Source: Pirellulales bacterium (GTDB lineage Bacteria > Planctomycetota > Planctomycetia > Pirellulales > PALSA-1355). From it: a DNA stretch of 64,000 nucleotides. Made by a program: the position numbers and the translations under genes. The notes under the pieces are model-generated. The model was not told the DNA's origin. It saw only the letters and a program-made list of their open reading frames with translations, and searched no databases. Positions 23,806 through 33,782 of this stretch are shown here, piece after piece. Where the stretch lies: NCBI GenBank assembly GCA_963733035.1, contig CAVTBU010000005.1:1-64000 (forward strand), read 5' to 3'. Position 1 is the first letter of the stretch. The number at the start of each line of letters is the position of its first letter.

Positions 23806-23834
23806 ATATTAGCTTAAGGGAATTATTCTGTCAA
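23806..23834 (-). promoter_or_regulatory. Sigma70-type promoter of the toxin-HTH-VOC operon
   Basis: TTGACA, 17 bp spacer, TAATAT on the minus strand, 60 bp upstream of the ATG at 23746. Confidence 0.7.
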
Positions 23835-24260
23835 CGGAATACTTTGCCACACCAAAGCACGGTTGACCCCCAGTTCGACGCAAGGCATTGAAACAAATAG
23901 GGTTACTCAAAGACGATCCGAGAACGGAAGTTACCACTGCTTACCAGAAACCCCGACTCAGGTAAGACGCTTCTCCTCTTCGGTAGAGTGTCGCAATATC
24001 AGAATGGTACGAATAGGTCGATCCGCTCTGAGTCAGAACACCGTGCTTGACTCAGTGCCGTGGTTCGCCTTGGAGAAAATCCGAAGGCGAGGCAAATGCG
24101 GTTGATCTGACGCCAGTTTCTTGGTTCCAGCAATGGCGGAATCCAAATCTGCTCGTCGTTGTAAGTCCCTGTCGCTAAACTGCTTTTGCCGGTTTTCCGT
24201 TCAGGTTTCGGTATCGTAGTTTTCGCCCCCAGAGGGAATTCGCAAAAAACTTCCATTTCG

Positions 24261-24292
24261 ATTTCCGGTTCGCAAATGTCACCGGTTGAAGA
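24261..24292 (+). promoter_or_regulatory. Bipartite motif copy 1 (putative alternative-sigma promoter)
   Basis: ATTTCCGGTT-N8-TCACCGGTTGAAGA, 6 bp before ATG 24299; matches 29210-29241. Confidence 0.65.
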
Positions 24293-24298
24293 TCTTGT

Positions 24299-25115
24299 AT
24301 GGACCAACTCCCCCCACCTACAGCTGCCGATTCGCCAAGTGCTGTAAGTCTGCCCGCGCTGACTCAGACGTACAAACGGAGTGGAGAGCCACTTCTGCGC
24401 TTCGCAGATGTGGAGTCAGAGATTCTGGCAGTGTTGGCGACTGATCCGGGAATTTGGTCTCCGGCTGCGTTGAAGAGTGAGACTCTGATTTACCTCATTC
24501 GATGGCTTTGGCGCATGCAACGATCAGAAAAACATCGGGAGAATGATTGAGTGCTTGGGAAAACGCATCGCTCAGATTGCGAGAGATTTCGCGTCGGGTT
24601 TCCCGCCCAACATCGCCGAAGACCTTGCGATTGAGATTGCCGAAGAGGTCAACCTGCTTATCTTCGCAAGCACGCCGAGTCGGCAAAGCGAGATTCTGGA
24701 AGTCGTCTTTCGCAGCGCGATTGAGCGGCGTGCGGTCAACAAACGCTCGAAAATCAAACAACGGTTGAAGCACGAAGTCAGCGAGTCGAGAATTCAAGCC
24801 AAGGATACTGGTGAGGACACCAACGGAATCATTGCCTCCCACTCGGACGGTAAACCAGATCCTGGCGAGATAGCACTGCTCGCTGAAGCACAACACCTTC
24901 GCCCCGAACGGATTCGAAAAGCACTTGCCGCTATCTCGAATCCACTTCATCGCGAGGCGGTCATTTTACATCATCTTCAAGGGTGGCAAATCTCAAGTAC
25001 AGCAAGCGCAATACCAACTCTCAGCACGCACTTTAAGAAGTCGTCGCGACAGATCCAGAATTGGCTCAAAGCGGCGATGAAGCAAATGCGTACTGCACTG
25101 GGAGAATCAATATGA
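24299..25115 (+). CDS. Sigma70/ECF-like factor (frameshift near 24515-24545)
   Basis: Region-4-like C-terminus RIRKALAAISNPLHREAVILHHLQGW...TLSTHFKKSSRQIQNWLKAAMKQMRTAL; region-2-like AEDLAIEIAEEV. Confidence 0.65.
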
Positions 25116-25735
25116 ACAGGAAGGACCAAGTGACAATCGAAGACCTCCTGGATGAAATCATGCTCCAGGAACCGGAACCCCAATACGACGCACTACTTCG
25201 TTGGTGCGAGCTCTACCCGGAGTATCGGGATCAGCTCACGAACTTCTTTGCGACGTGGGCGGAACAGAAAGAGCACGGCGAACGTCCTGAGATCGATGAA
25301 GATCGAGTCGCGAGCAGAATGGTCAGCCATGCTTTGAACTTGATTCACCACCAAAAAGCTCCGACTGCCGAAATGCGAGCCACGACCGAGTCTCGACTCC
25401 ACAAGATGATCCGAGCATCGGGATGTTCCGAACAGACCTTGATGGAGCAATGCAAACTCGATGACACGCTGCTGGCAAAGCTCGATCGCCACTTGATTGT
25501 TTTTGCGAGCATTCCTCAGCGATGTATTCAGGGAATTGCTGCGGCTCTGCAATTTGCCGTCGAGGATGTTTCGCGAGCATTGATGGGAGATCCAATTCCA
25601 TTGTCGAGCTACAAGGCGAAGGGAAAGCCGGTACTGCGACAGGAGCCGTTCCTCGACGCAGTCAAAACGTCAGAGCTTTCGACTGCGGTAAAGGAAGAAT
25701 GGAGACGAATCGTCACCAGCGAGACTTCTCACTAG
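25112..25735 (+). CDS. Hypothetical protein: helical anti-sigma-like N-terminus plus degenerate XRE-like HTH
   Basis: ATGA overlap with the sigma gene, GGAG RBS; LLRWCELYPEYRDQL and LHKMIRASGCSEQTLMEQCKLDDTLLAKLDR...IQGIAAALQFAVEDV. Confidence 0.6.
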   Translation: MNRKDQVTIEDLLDEIMLQEPEPQYDALLRWCELYPEYRDQLTNFFATWAEQKEHGERPEIDEDRVASRMVSHALNLIHHQKAPTAEMRATTESRLHKMIRASGCSEQTLMEQCKLDDTLLAKLDRHLIVFASIPQRCIQGIAAALQFAVEDVSRALMGDPIPLSSYKAKGKPVLRQEPFLDAVKTSELSTAVKEEWRRIVTSETSH

Positions 25736-25745
25736 GAACACCAAG

Positions 25746-28700
25746 ATGAGTGCGTGGAAGGAAGTTCGACGTTTGCGCAACAACGCCATAGCGAGTACGA
25801 TAATGGCGCGGACGCACTCATTCCGGCAAGTGCCCTTCTGGCTGCCGCACAAGCGGTAACAGGAATTAGGTTCATCAGTCGGCCTGCAGATGACACCCTT
25901 CTGGATGGAGCCGAGGCTGCATACGATCGAGAACGTCAGAGAATCTACTACTCGAATGCAACTCCGCTGCCGCTTGCGCATTTCCACATTGCGCATGAGT
26001 TTGCACACCACTGGCTCTATGAAGCCGCCGCGGCCTGCGCCAATGCGGATTTGGACCTGCTGGTTCCTTCAGAACCGGAGATGTCCTCCGTCGGAGATCA
26101 GGACTCGTATAGTCCCAAAGAACGAGCTGAAGCCCAGGCAAATCTATTCGCTAGAGAGTTTCTCCTCCCTCGAAACAAGCTTCGACAACGTTGTGCCAGC
26201 GATATTTCCCAAGCCGATGCCATCGCTAGCGAAATCGGCGTCCCGGTCGATCTTGTAATGCAGCAATTGGCCGACGCTCTGTTACTGCCAGCCGAAAGTA
26301 ATTTGCAATCTGAACCGCGCCCTGAAACCGAGCCAGACGCAAGCCAGCTAGAGGCAATCACCGCTACGGATGAGCCACGACAGGTCAGAGCAGGTCCTGG
26401 AACCGGAAAGACAAGAACTTTAGTCGGACGAATCGCCCACTTAATCAACAGAGGTGAAGAACCATCTTCGATTTTGGCACTCACCTACTCCAATCTGTCT
26501 GCTCAAGATCTGGCGAGTCGGATTAGTGCAGAAGTTGGAGAAAAAGCCACTGCGATTTGGTCCGGAACGTTCCATGCTTTTGGACTGGAACTTCTGCGAA
26601 AGCATGGGCACTTACTGGGCTTTGAATCTGAACCAAAGCTTCGCGATCGCACCGATTCATTGATGCTGCTGGAAGACCTGCTTCCATGTCTGGAACTGAG
26701 TCACTATCTCGATCTGCACGAGCCGATGCTGAAACTGCGCTCGATACTCGGGGCTATCGGTCGAGCAAAAGATGAACTCGCCTCACCTGACGACTACATG
26801 AATGCTGCCAGGGCGATGGCTGAGGAAGCTACCGACCAAGATTCACAGAAGGCGGCAGATCGAGCGATAGAAGTCGCCCGAATCTACGCAATCTACGAAG
26901 CAGCGTTGAGGGAGCGAGGCTTTGTCGACTTCGGCGATCTCGTCGCCTTGCCAATCAAACTGCTCCGTGATAACCCCGAGGTGCGAGAAGCAGTCCGCAA
27001 TGACAAGCGTCACGTTCTTGTCGATGAATATCAAGACATGAATCGCGCCAGCGCCTTGCTGCTCAAGGAACTTTGCACCCCAGGACGCGGACCGTGGGTT
27101 GTCGGAGATGTGCGACAATCGATCTATCGCTTCCGAGGTGCTTCACCGCTCAATATGGCTCGGTTCTCGCATGAGTTTCCTGGAGCACAGACAACAGACC
27201 TTTCTGTCAACTACCGCTCAGGCGGACGAATCGTGAAACTGTTCGAATCGTTTGGCCGAGGGATGGCGGCTGGTGCGAACGCTTCTACAGGAGCGCTGAC
27301 TGCAAATCGCGGAGAGAATCGCGGTACCGTTCAATACGACGTGGCGACGACTCGTGAGGCCGAAGCGCACGGCATCGCTAAGGAAATCCTGGCAAGAGTC
27401 GAGGCCGGTTCAAAATTCGCCGACCAAGCCATTCTCGCTCGATCGCATACAATCCTTTCGCGCCTTGCAAAGCAACTTGAAGGTGCTGGGGTGCCCTGTC
27501 TGTACTTCGGAGACTTTTTCGAGCGCCCCGAGATACGCGACCTGCTCTCACTCTTGTCTCTCGTCGCTGAGCCCAAAGGAGTTGGGCTTTTCCGTGTCGC
27601 GCAGCTGCCGATGTATGACGTGCCTGCTGAAGACATAGGCCTGTTGTTCCAAAGACGACGGGAGCAGCAAGAGACGATGCTCAAGACGCTTCGAGACTTT
27701 GCAAGCGTGCCGGGTTTCAGCCAACGCGGACGTGAAGGCTTAGCCAGGCTTGTCGCCGATGTTCAGGATGCAACATGGCCTCTGTCGCCGCATCGTTTTC
27801 TGATGTCGTATCTATTGAGGCGAAGCGGATATCTGCAACCCTTCATGGCAGATGACACCGTTCCAGGCCAGCAGCGGCGGCTCGCCATCTACCAACTGCT
27901 ACAGTTCGCCTTCGCGTTTAAACCGTCCAAGAATGACGATCCGAAGCAAGCTTTTCTGGCACACGTTCGTCGACTCGAAATTCTTGACGAAGAGAAGCAG
28001 CTACGGCAGTTGCCCGCCGCGGTCAGCGACATCGATGCTGTTCGGTTGATGACAGTGCATTCGAGCAAGGGGTTAGAGTTTCCGATCGTTCATATCCTTG
28101 CCCTGACCGGCACTCAGTTTCCGGCCCCCAACAGATACGAGCCGTGTCCGCTTCCACCGGGACTGCTTAGTTCCGACGTTTTGATGACCAAAGATGCAGA
28201 AGAGGACAGCCTGTTCTTCGTTGGAGCGTCCCGCGCCAGAGATGGTTTGCACCTTTCGCGAGCGCAGACAAATGGCATGCGCAATACGAGGCCCTCGCGG
28301 TTTCTCGAAACGGTGTCTTCGCATTTGCCACACCGCATAGACGTATCGCCTCGGTGGACCGGCGACGGGATTTCCGAGCCGACTTTTCCCCTGCTCGTTG
28401 GGCGTATGGCGAACGACCAGTGGACAGCAGGGGAAATCGAGACCTATATCGATTGCTCTCGCCGGTTCTACTACGATCACGCCTTAGAACTTGGCGGAGC
28501 AGACGCCGCCTCGCCGTTTCTCAAGTTCCAATCAGCACTGCATTCGAGCATGGCTTGGTTACGCGAAACCGCATCGGCAGACCAACGACGGGATGGCCTA
28601 ATCGCCCGCTTTGAGGAGGACTGGGAAAAATTCGGCCCAGGCGATCATCCTTTCGAGCCGCTCTACCGCCGCATGGCGAAGGCCATGATCGAGGCGGCGC

Positions 28701-29119
28701 ACGGGGTGATGAGCGGTGAGAACTTGCCCGCTGATCGGCAAGTTGTCGCGCCCGGAAGTGGCGCGGTCATCAGTTGTCGCGCAGATCAGATTGAACGCAC
28801 GCCGAATGGAATCGTCATCCGTAGGTTGAAGGCCGGCCGTCTGGCCAAAACCGAAAATGACAAACCGCGATACATTCTTCTGCAGGTTGCCATTCGCACC
28901 GACCATCCCAACGAAGAAGTCCACTTCGAGCATGTATCTCTGCTCGATGGTGAGTGCCGAACCGCAACCGACAAATCGAAAAAAGCGGGCGACAAGTTGA
29001 AGGCTTGCGAAAGCGCCATTGCAGCAGCCGGTAACGGAAGCTTCGACCCGAGCCCAAGTCAACGCTGCCCGTCCTGCCCGTACTTCTTTATCTGCCCGGC
29101 CCACGGCCCTACTCGCTAG
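25746..29119 (+). CDS. ImmA/IrrE metallopeptidase / UvrD helicase / PD-(D/E)XK-like Fe-S domain fusion (probable frameshift just after ATG 25746)
   Basis: FHIAHEFAH...EAQANLFAREFLLP; AGPGTGKT, VDEYQD, VGDVRQSIYRFRGA, NYRS, TVHSSKGLEF, VGASRAR; YIDCSRRFYY...CPSCPYFFIC. Confidence 0.9.
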
Positions 29120-29209
29120 GCAGCAAGTTTCTGTCAGGACAGATTCGTCGCTTGGCGGCTGTGCTGCGCTCACGAGTCTCTCCCCGCATCAAAAATTTGT
29201 GCGGCTGAC

Positions 29210-29241
29210 ATTTCCGGTTGGGCTCTCTCGCCGGTTGAAGA
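29210..29241 (+). promoter_or_regulatory. Bipartite motif copy 2, upstream of bilA
   Basis: ATTTCCGGTT-N8-TCGCCGGTTGAAGA, 59 bp before ATG 29301. Confidence 0.65.
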
Positions 29242-29300
29242 AAGTGTGAGGCCAATGATGGCCGACAAGCTTCAACCAGTAACGAGAGAGGAAAATCCCA

Positions 29301-29795
29301 ATGTCGCAAATTCAATTATTCCTGCAGTTCGAAGGCAGTGGCAGAGTGGAGCTCATCCAACTCGACAGCGAAGCCTTGGTCGCTGACGTGTTGGAAGCCG
29401 CCGTGAAACTCGGATTCCCCGACAATCATCGTGCAGATGCGCATGTCTTCGGTCCCGATGACGAATCCCCGCTCAAGCCCACTGTTCCGTTGAGCAAACA
29501 AGGAATTTGCGACAAGCAGCGTGTGCACATTCACCGCTGCCGCAAAGTCGAAGTCACAATGCACTTCAACGAGCTGACTGAGGTCATGCAGTTCCCGCCT
29601 GCGAACACGGTCGACCACGTGAAGAAACGCTTCGTCCATGCGATTGGTATGTCGCCCGTCGATGCTACCGAGCACGTGCTTCAAATCTGCGGCTCCAACG
29701 ACCGCCCGGAGGCGGACGCGCAAATCGGCACCCTGGTGTGCGGGTGCTGCTCGCTCTGTTTCAACCTGGTCCCCATCAAGCGAGTCGAGGGCTAG
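29301..29795 (+). CDS. bilA: Tandem ubiquitin-like protein (BilA-like)
   Basis: Two beta-grasp-like units, C-terminal ...IKRVEG ending in Gly; first gene of a Ubl-E2-JAB-E1 operon; GAGAGG RBS. Confidence 0.8.
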   Translation: MSQIQLFLQFEGSGRVELIQLDSEALVADVLEAAVKLGFPDNHRADAHVFGPDDESPLKPTVPLSKQGICDKQRVHIHRCRKVEVTMHFNELTEVMQFPPANTVDHVKKRFVHAIGMSPVDATEHVLQICGSNDRPEADAQIGTLVCGCCSLCFNLVPIKRVEG

Positions 29796-29814
29796 TCACT
29801 TGGATACAAGCACC

Positions 29815-30288
29815 ATGCGTCCCGATGAACGTGCCTTCCGCGACCACGTCGCGGCGGGTGCGTTCCAACTCGGGGCTCACCTCAATCGTTGGAAGCTGGG
29901 TTCAATCGCCTGGCCTATCGTGCAGATTGCCGTCGCAGCGGCAGCTCGCGATGGGGCTCCAAATGAATACTGGTTTCGCTTCGATTGCAGTGGCTATTCG
30001 CAAGAGGCTCCCACGGCTCGGCCGTGGGATCACGAAGCTGACCAGCCGCTTCCATTCAATCGATGGCCCGATGGTGCGTCGCGGATTCCAGCGGTCTTCA
30101 GACCCGGTTGGAAAGACGGAACTTGCCTCTACCTGCCCTGCGATCGAATCGCTGCGGTGGGGCACGAAAACTGGCGAAATGAATACCCCGCACTTCAATG
30201 GTCGCCAAGCCGAGGTGTGGTCCTCTACTTGGACGAACTTCATTCCTTACTCAATTCAAGCGACTACAAAGGAGCGCGAGGTGGCTAA
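29815..30288 (+). CDS. bilB: E2-like conjugating enzyme (BilB-like)
   Basis: [19 protein letters not shown] and CLYLPCDR candidate catalytic Cys; operon position. Confidence 0.8.
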   Translation: MRPDERAFRDHVAAGAFQLGAHLNRWKLGSIAWPIVQIAVAAAARDGAPNEYWFRFDCSGYSQEAPTARPWDHEADQPLPFNRWPDGASRIPAVFRPGWKDGTCLYLPCDRIAAVGHENWRNEYPALQWSPSRGVVLYLDELHSLLNSSDYKGARGG

Positions 30289-30766
30289 ACCGCTGATTCG
30301 ATTCCAGCGCAGTCTTTGGCTTCGCTGCATGACGGAGCTTCAAATCAGGAGCCACGGTCGGCACGAATCCGGGTGCTTCATTCTCGGAAGCGTCAAAGGT
30401 GATAAACGACAATCGCGTCGTTGCGTGTTCTACGATGAGCTTGACCCGCACGCATATTCGAGCGGCGTCTGCATCTTGCAAAGTGACTCGTTCACCCGCC
30501 TTTGGGAAATCTGCCGCGCAGAAAAGTTGACCGTCATCGCCGATATCCACACACACCCTGCCGGGGCGTTTCAAAGCGAAGCGGACCGAACAAACCCCAT
30601 GATTGCCCGCGCCGGTCATCTTGCGATCATCGTTCCGAACTATGCGTTTGGATGGATGTGGCGTCACCGGCTCGGTGTTTTTCAGTACGAAGGTGACCAT
30701 CGTTGGACCAACCTCAGCGGTTGGCAGGCCCGCTCCGTCCTCAAAGTCAGTTGGAGTTTTATATGA
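30281..30766 (+). CDS. bilC: JAB/MPN metallopeptidase (BilC-like deubiquitinase)
   Basis: HESGCFILG...IHTHP...QSEAD JAMM motif; GTG start with GGAG RBS overlapping the E2 stop. Confidence 0.88.
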   Translation: MAKPLIRFQRSLWLRCMTELQIRSHGRHESGCFILGSVKGDKRQSRRCVFYDELDPHAYSSGVCILQSDSFTRLWEICRAEKLTVIADIHTHPAGAFQSEADRTNPMIARAGHLAIIVPNYAFGWMWRHRLGVFQYEGDHRWTNLSGWQARSVLKVSWSFI

Positions 30767-32154
30767 TTCCAGAAGCAATGCCTTTCACCAGTGTTGACAG
30801 CGGTATGCCGAGCGCCGATACGCTCAATCGCGTTGTGAAAATCGCGATTGACAGTGGCGAAGTCACAACCGTTGCCGCCGGGTATGACCTGCTCCGCACG
30901 TATCGTGTTGGCGTTCGTGTTGGCCCAGAGGTTCAGAATTCTACTGCTCATCAGGCTGCCTTGCTGACGATCGTCAATATCGCGCGCCGTGCCCTACTTG
31001 GTGGCGTCTACATCGAAGGGAGTCTCGACACTCCGCTGCTGGTTCCGGTTCCTGGCCAACAAACACTTGCTGGAGCCGTGGCCGCCCTCGGCGGGCAGGC
31101 GATTAACGAAATTGCAGGGACTATGCCCACGCTGATTCTGGGCAATGTGACTAGCAATTCGAACGAGCACGAGGTTGGCCTGAATGTCATCTTCAGCGAT
31201 TGGCGCGGAGGCGTTGTGCCACAAGCCGATTCACACTCGCCATCCGCACAGCAGGCAATCACACCAGCAGCAGTTCTTGCTGCGGCGATTGCCGTCTCCG
31301 AGGTCTTTCAAAACTTGCGTGGCAACCCAATGGCCGGTCGGCGGCCGGTCGGCCTTTCGCTCTGGATCCCGGAGTCGATTGATTGGGAAAATGCCCCTGC
31401 CGGTCCGCTCGACATCGTATTCCCGTCGAACCTTTGGCTGATTGGGCTCGGCCATCTTGGGCAAGCCTATCTGTGGGTGCTCGGCTTGTTACCCTATGCA
31501 GACCCTTCGAAGGTGATGCTCTATTTGCAGGATTTCGATCGGCTTGCCGCGTCCAACGACAGCACCTCATTGCTCACCAGCGGCGAGCTTGTTGGTCGCC
31601 TCAAAACCAGGGCGATGGCGGAGTGGGCAGAAGCACGAGGTTTCAACGCAAGAGTCATCGAGCGCCCATTCCCCGGCGGAATGAAGGTGACCGAGAAGGA
31701 ACCTCGATTGGCACTTGGAGGTGTCGATAATCCGCAAGCACGGGCCGCATATGAAGATGCAGAATTTGACTGGATTGTTGAATCCGGATTGGGGGCAGGT
31801 CCGACGGAATACCTTGCCCTGCGCCTTCACACATTCCCTGCAACTACCACGGCACGCCGGAAATGGAGTGATGTTGATGTACATCGTGCCCCAGGGCCGA
31901 ATGTAGCTGCTTACCAGGATTTGTCGGCCAAGGGCATGGATGACTGCGGATTGGTTCAACTCGCCACGCGGTCTGTGGGGGCACCGTTTGTCGGCACGGT
32001 GGCCGCGTCGCTTGTCATCGCTGAAGTCCTGCGTTTTCTAAATGGAGGTCCTAGGACAGAGGTGATCGACATGACTCTTCGCGACCCAGGCAGTCGGTCA
32101 GTGGTGTCGGCAACGACTCAGTTAAATGGCTTCAATCCAGGTTTCACCTACTAA
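30763..32154 (+). CDS. bilD: E1-like activating enzyme (BilD-like)
   Basis: IGLGHLG nucleotide loop, QDFD, GGVDNPQAR, candidate catalytic DDCGLV, VGAPFVG; long N-terminal inactive-adenylation-like region; ATGA overlap with JAB. Confidence 0.85.
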   Translation: MIPEAMPFTSVDSGMPSADTLNRVVKIAIDSGEVTTVAAGYDLLRTYRVGVRVGPEVQNSTAHQAALLTIVNIARRALLGGVYIEGSLDTPLLVPVPGQQTLAGAVAALGGQAINEIAGTMPTLILGNVTSNSNEHEVGLNVIFSDWRGGVVPQADSHSPSAQQAITPAAVLAAAIAVSEVFQNLRGNPMAGRRPVGLSLWIPESIDWENAPAGPLDIVFPSNLWLIGLGHLGQAYLWVLGLLPYADPSKVMLYLQDFDRLAASNDSTSLLTSGELVGRLKTRAMAEWAEARGFNARVIERPFPGGMKVTEKEPRLALGGVDNPQARAAYEDAEFDWIVESGLGAGPTEYLALRLHTFPATTTARRKWSDVDVHRAPGPNVAAYQDLSAKGMDDCGLVQLATRSVGAPFVGTVAASLVIAEVLRFLNGGPRTEVIDMTLRDPGSRSVVSATTQLNGFNPGFTY

Positions 32155-32399
32155 CTTTCGACCCGAATGACCGGACGTTGCACTTCGGGCCGGGCTGCTC
32201 CGGGCTCCGCTTATGCTCGGTCCGACTGCCGCAAGCCACAGCCGGACTGCTTCGCACCCTGCAATCCTTAATGCGGCGGGCGATGCCGAGAATTGAAGGC
32301 TGGTTCGCGATTCTAATCCACCCCGCTCCGCGCTCGCTGCCATTTCGAGCCATTTGAGACGGCCTGTTTGCAGCGCATCCATGAGGAAGCCGCTGTCAA

Positions 32400-32575
32400 G
32401 TCGATAGCGAGAAGACCACGGGATCTCCAAGCATCCATCCGGCATCTCCGCTCTCGGGCGGACCGCCACCTTTCTATTTTCGGCCACTCCCATTCATTTG
32501 CGCGGCGTCGCAAAGTCGCCATGCGCTGCACCGGGATGCGGCATCGGATCCCGCTATCTCCTTGAGTGTTTCCCC
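32400..32575 (-). ncRNA. Putative bridge/seek RNA region of IS110 element 1 (limits approximate)
   Basis: Holds a 10-nt complement of the right target flank (32521-32530) and a match to the left flank (32494-32501) around a hairpin. Confidence 0.6.
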
Positions 32576-33598
32576 TCAAGCCACAGACACTTTTTCCTGC
32601 CACACCTGGCCCTGGCGGAGCATCGCATGCATCACGCGGGCCAGGTAGTGGGCCGTGGCCACCAACGCGATCTTCTTTCGGTCATCGGCGCCTTGATGAA
32701 TGCGCTCAAAGAAGTGGCGGATCGTCGGGAATCGCCGCACTCCTTGCCAAGCTGCCTCAGTCAACAGCTTTCGCACCGTCGCTGGTCCTTCGCGTGTAAT
32801 GTGCCCCAGCCGGTTCATCGAGCCCGATTGGTCCTGAGCAGGAACCAGACCAAAGTAACAGCCGATCGACTTGGTCGTGCGGAATCGGCTGGGGTCATCG
32901 AGATAAGCCGCCATCGCCTCCGCGGTGCGTGCGCCGACACCGGGGATCGTTACCAACAACGCGGAAGCTCCGCTCGCCTGCGAATGGCGTTCAAGCTGCT
33001 TCTCCACACGACGGAGCTGTTCGCTGAAGACGTGCAGCTCCTCTACCAGCAGGTCTCGGCGCATAGCATAGAGAGGGCTGGGCAGTTCGAGCCGTTCCAG
33101 CCAGTATAAGCCTTGCTTGGTCCACAGACCGAACTCCGAGGGGACCGCAATCCCCAGGCTGCGCAACAACCCTCTCAAAGAATTCTTTGCTCGTGTTCGT
33201 TTGTCGATGACCTGCGTCCGGTACTCGATCAGCTGACGCCAGGCTCGCACATCCCCTGACGGAACGTAGACGCCGGGAACCTCGTTCAAAAATAGTAGCT
33301 TCGCCAGCTTCTCGACGTCCACGCGATCGTTCTTGCGCTTGGAGCGGAAGATCAGTCGCAATTGCCCGGGATGGGGCACCACCACGCGCTGGCACACCGG
33401 TTTGAGCAACTCGTAAATGCGTCCGTAACCGCAGGAGGCCTCGTAGCATATGCTGACGGGACCATCCAACACTTTAAGTTGGTCGGCAATGCCCGACCAA
33501 GGACCTCGCACCCTCACCTGTTTGATCCTGCGACCGTTCTTGTCAAGTACACACATCGAAGTGTGCCCGAGGTGAACATCCAAACCGACGAAATACAT
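32576..33598 (-). CDS. IS110-family transposase/recombinase
   Basis: VGLDVH, YEAS, KNDRVD, IPGVG, GLVP..QSG, GHITREG. Confidence 0.95.
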   Translation of the reverse strand: MYFVGLDVHLGHTSMCVLDKNGRRIKQVRVRGPWSGIADQLKVLDGPVSICYEASCGYGRIYELLKPVCQRVVVPHPGQLRLIFRSKRKNDRVDVEKLAKLLFLNEVPGVYVPSGDVRAWRQLIEYRTQVIDKRTRAKNSLRGLLRSLGIAVPSEFGLWTKQGLYWLERLELPSPLYAMRRDLLVEELHVFSEQLRRVEKQLERHSQASGASALLVTIPGVGARTAEAMAAYLDDPSRFRTTKSIGCYFGLVPAQDQSGSMNRLGHITREGPATVRKLLTEAAWQGVRRFPTIRHFFERIHQGADDRKKIALVATAHYLARVMHAMLRQGQVWQEKVSVA

Positions 33599-33743
33599 CG
33601 TGAAGCCTCCTTCGTACGAGGAACGACACGGACCAAGTAGCCATCGTACCGCTCAGGCTTCCTACATAGAGTCATTTGCAGCGCGGCACATATCGCAATC
33701 GGCGTAACCGCAAGCGGCGCAATCGCTTGACAAAAAATCAGGT

Positions 33744-33765
33744 GCAGGTTCAAATCCTGTCGCCC
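33744..33765 (+). other. tRNA 3'-end remnant (T-arm), probable att core
   Basis: GCAGGTTCAAATCCTGTCGCCC, 17 bp from the integrase stop; no rest of a tRNA upstream. Confidence 0.65.
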
Positions 33766-33782
33766 TTCTTCACCTCCCACTC

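Larger units (their letters stand above)
32377..33675 (-). mobile_element. IS110-family (IS1111-type) element 1
   Basis: Sub-terminal IRs ATGAGGAAGCC (32381) and GGCTTCCTACAT (33656), AT core at both ends, TTGACA near the right end, long non-coding region after the transposase. Confidence 0.85.

Noticed and set aside
28400..29119. Cas4 or a CRISPR-Cas locus
   Set aside because: The Cys-cluster domain is the tail of a UvrD fusion; I saw no repeat-spacer array or other cas genes in the window.
29301..32154. CBASS Cap2/Cap3 or ThiF/MoeB cofactor biosynthesis
   Set aside because: No CD-NTase or thiamine/molybdopterin genes; separate Ubl, E2, JAB and E1 fit a Bil-type system.
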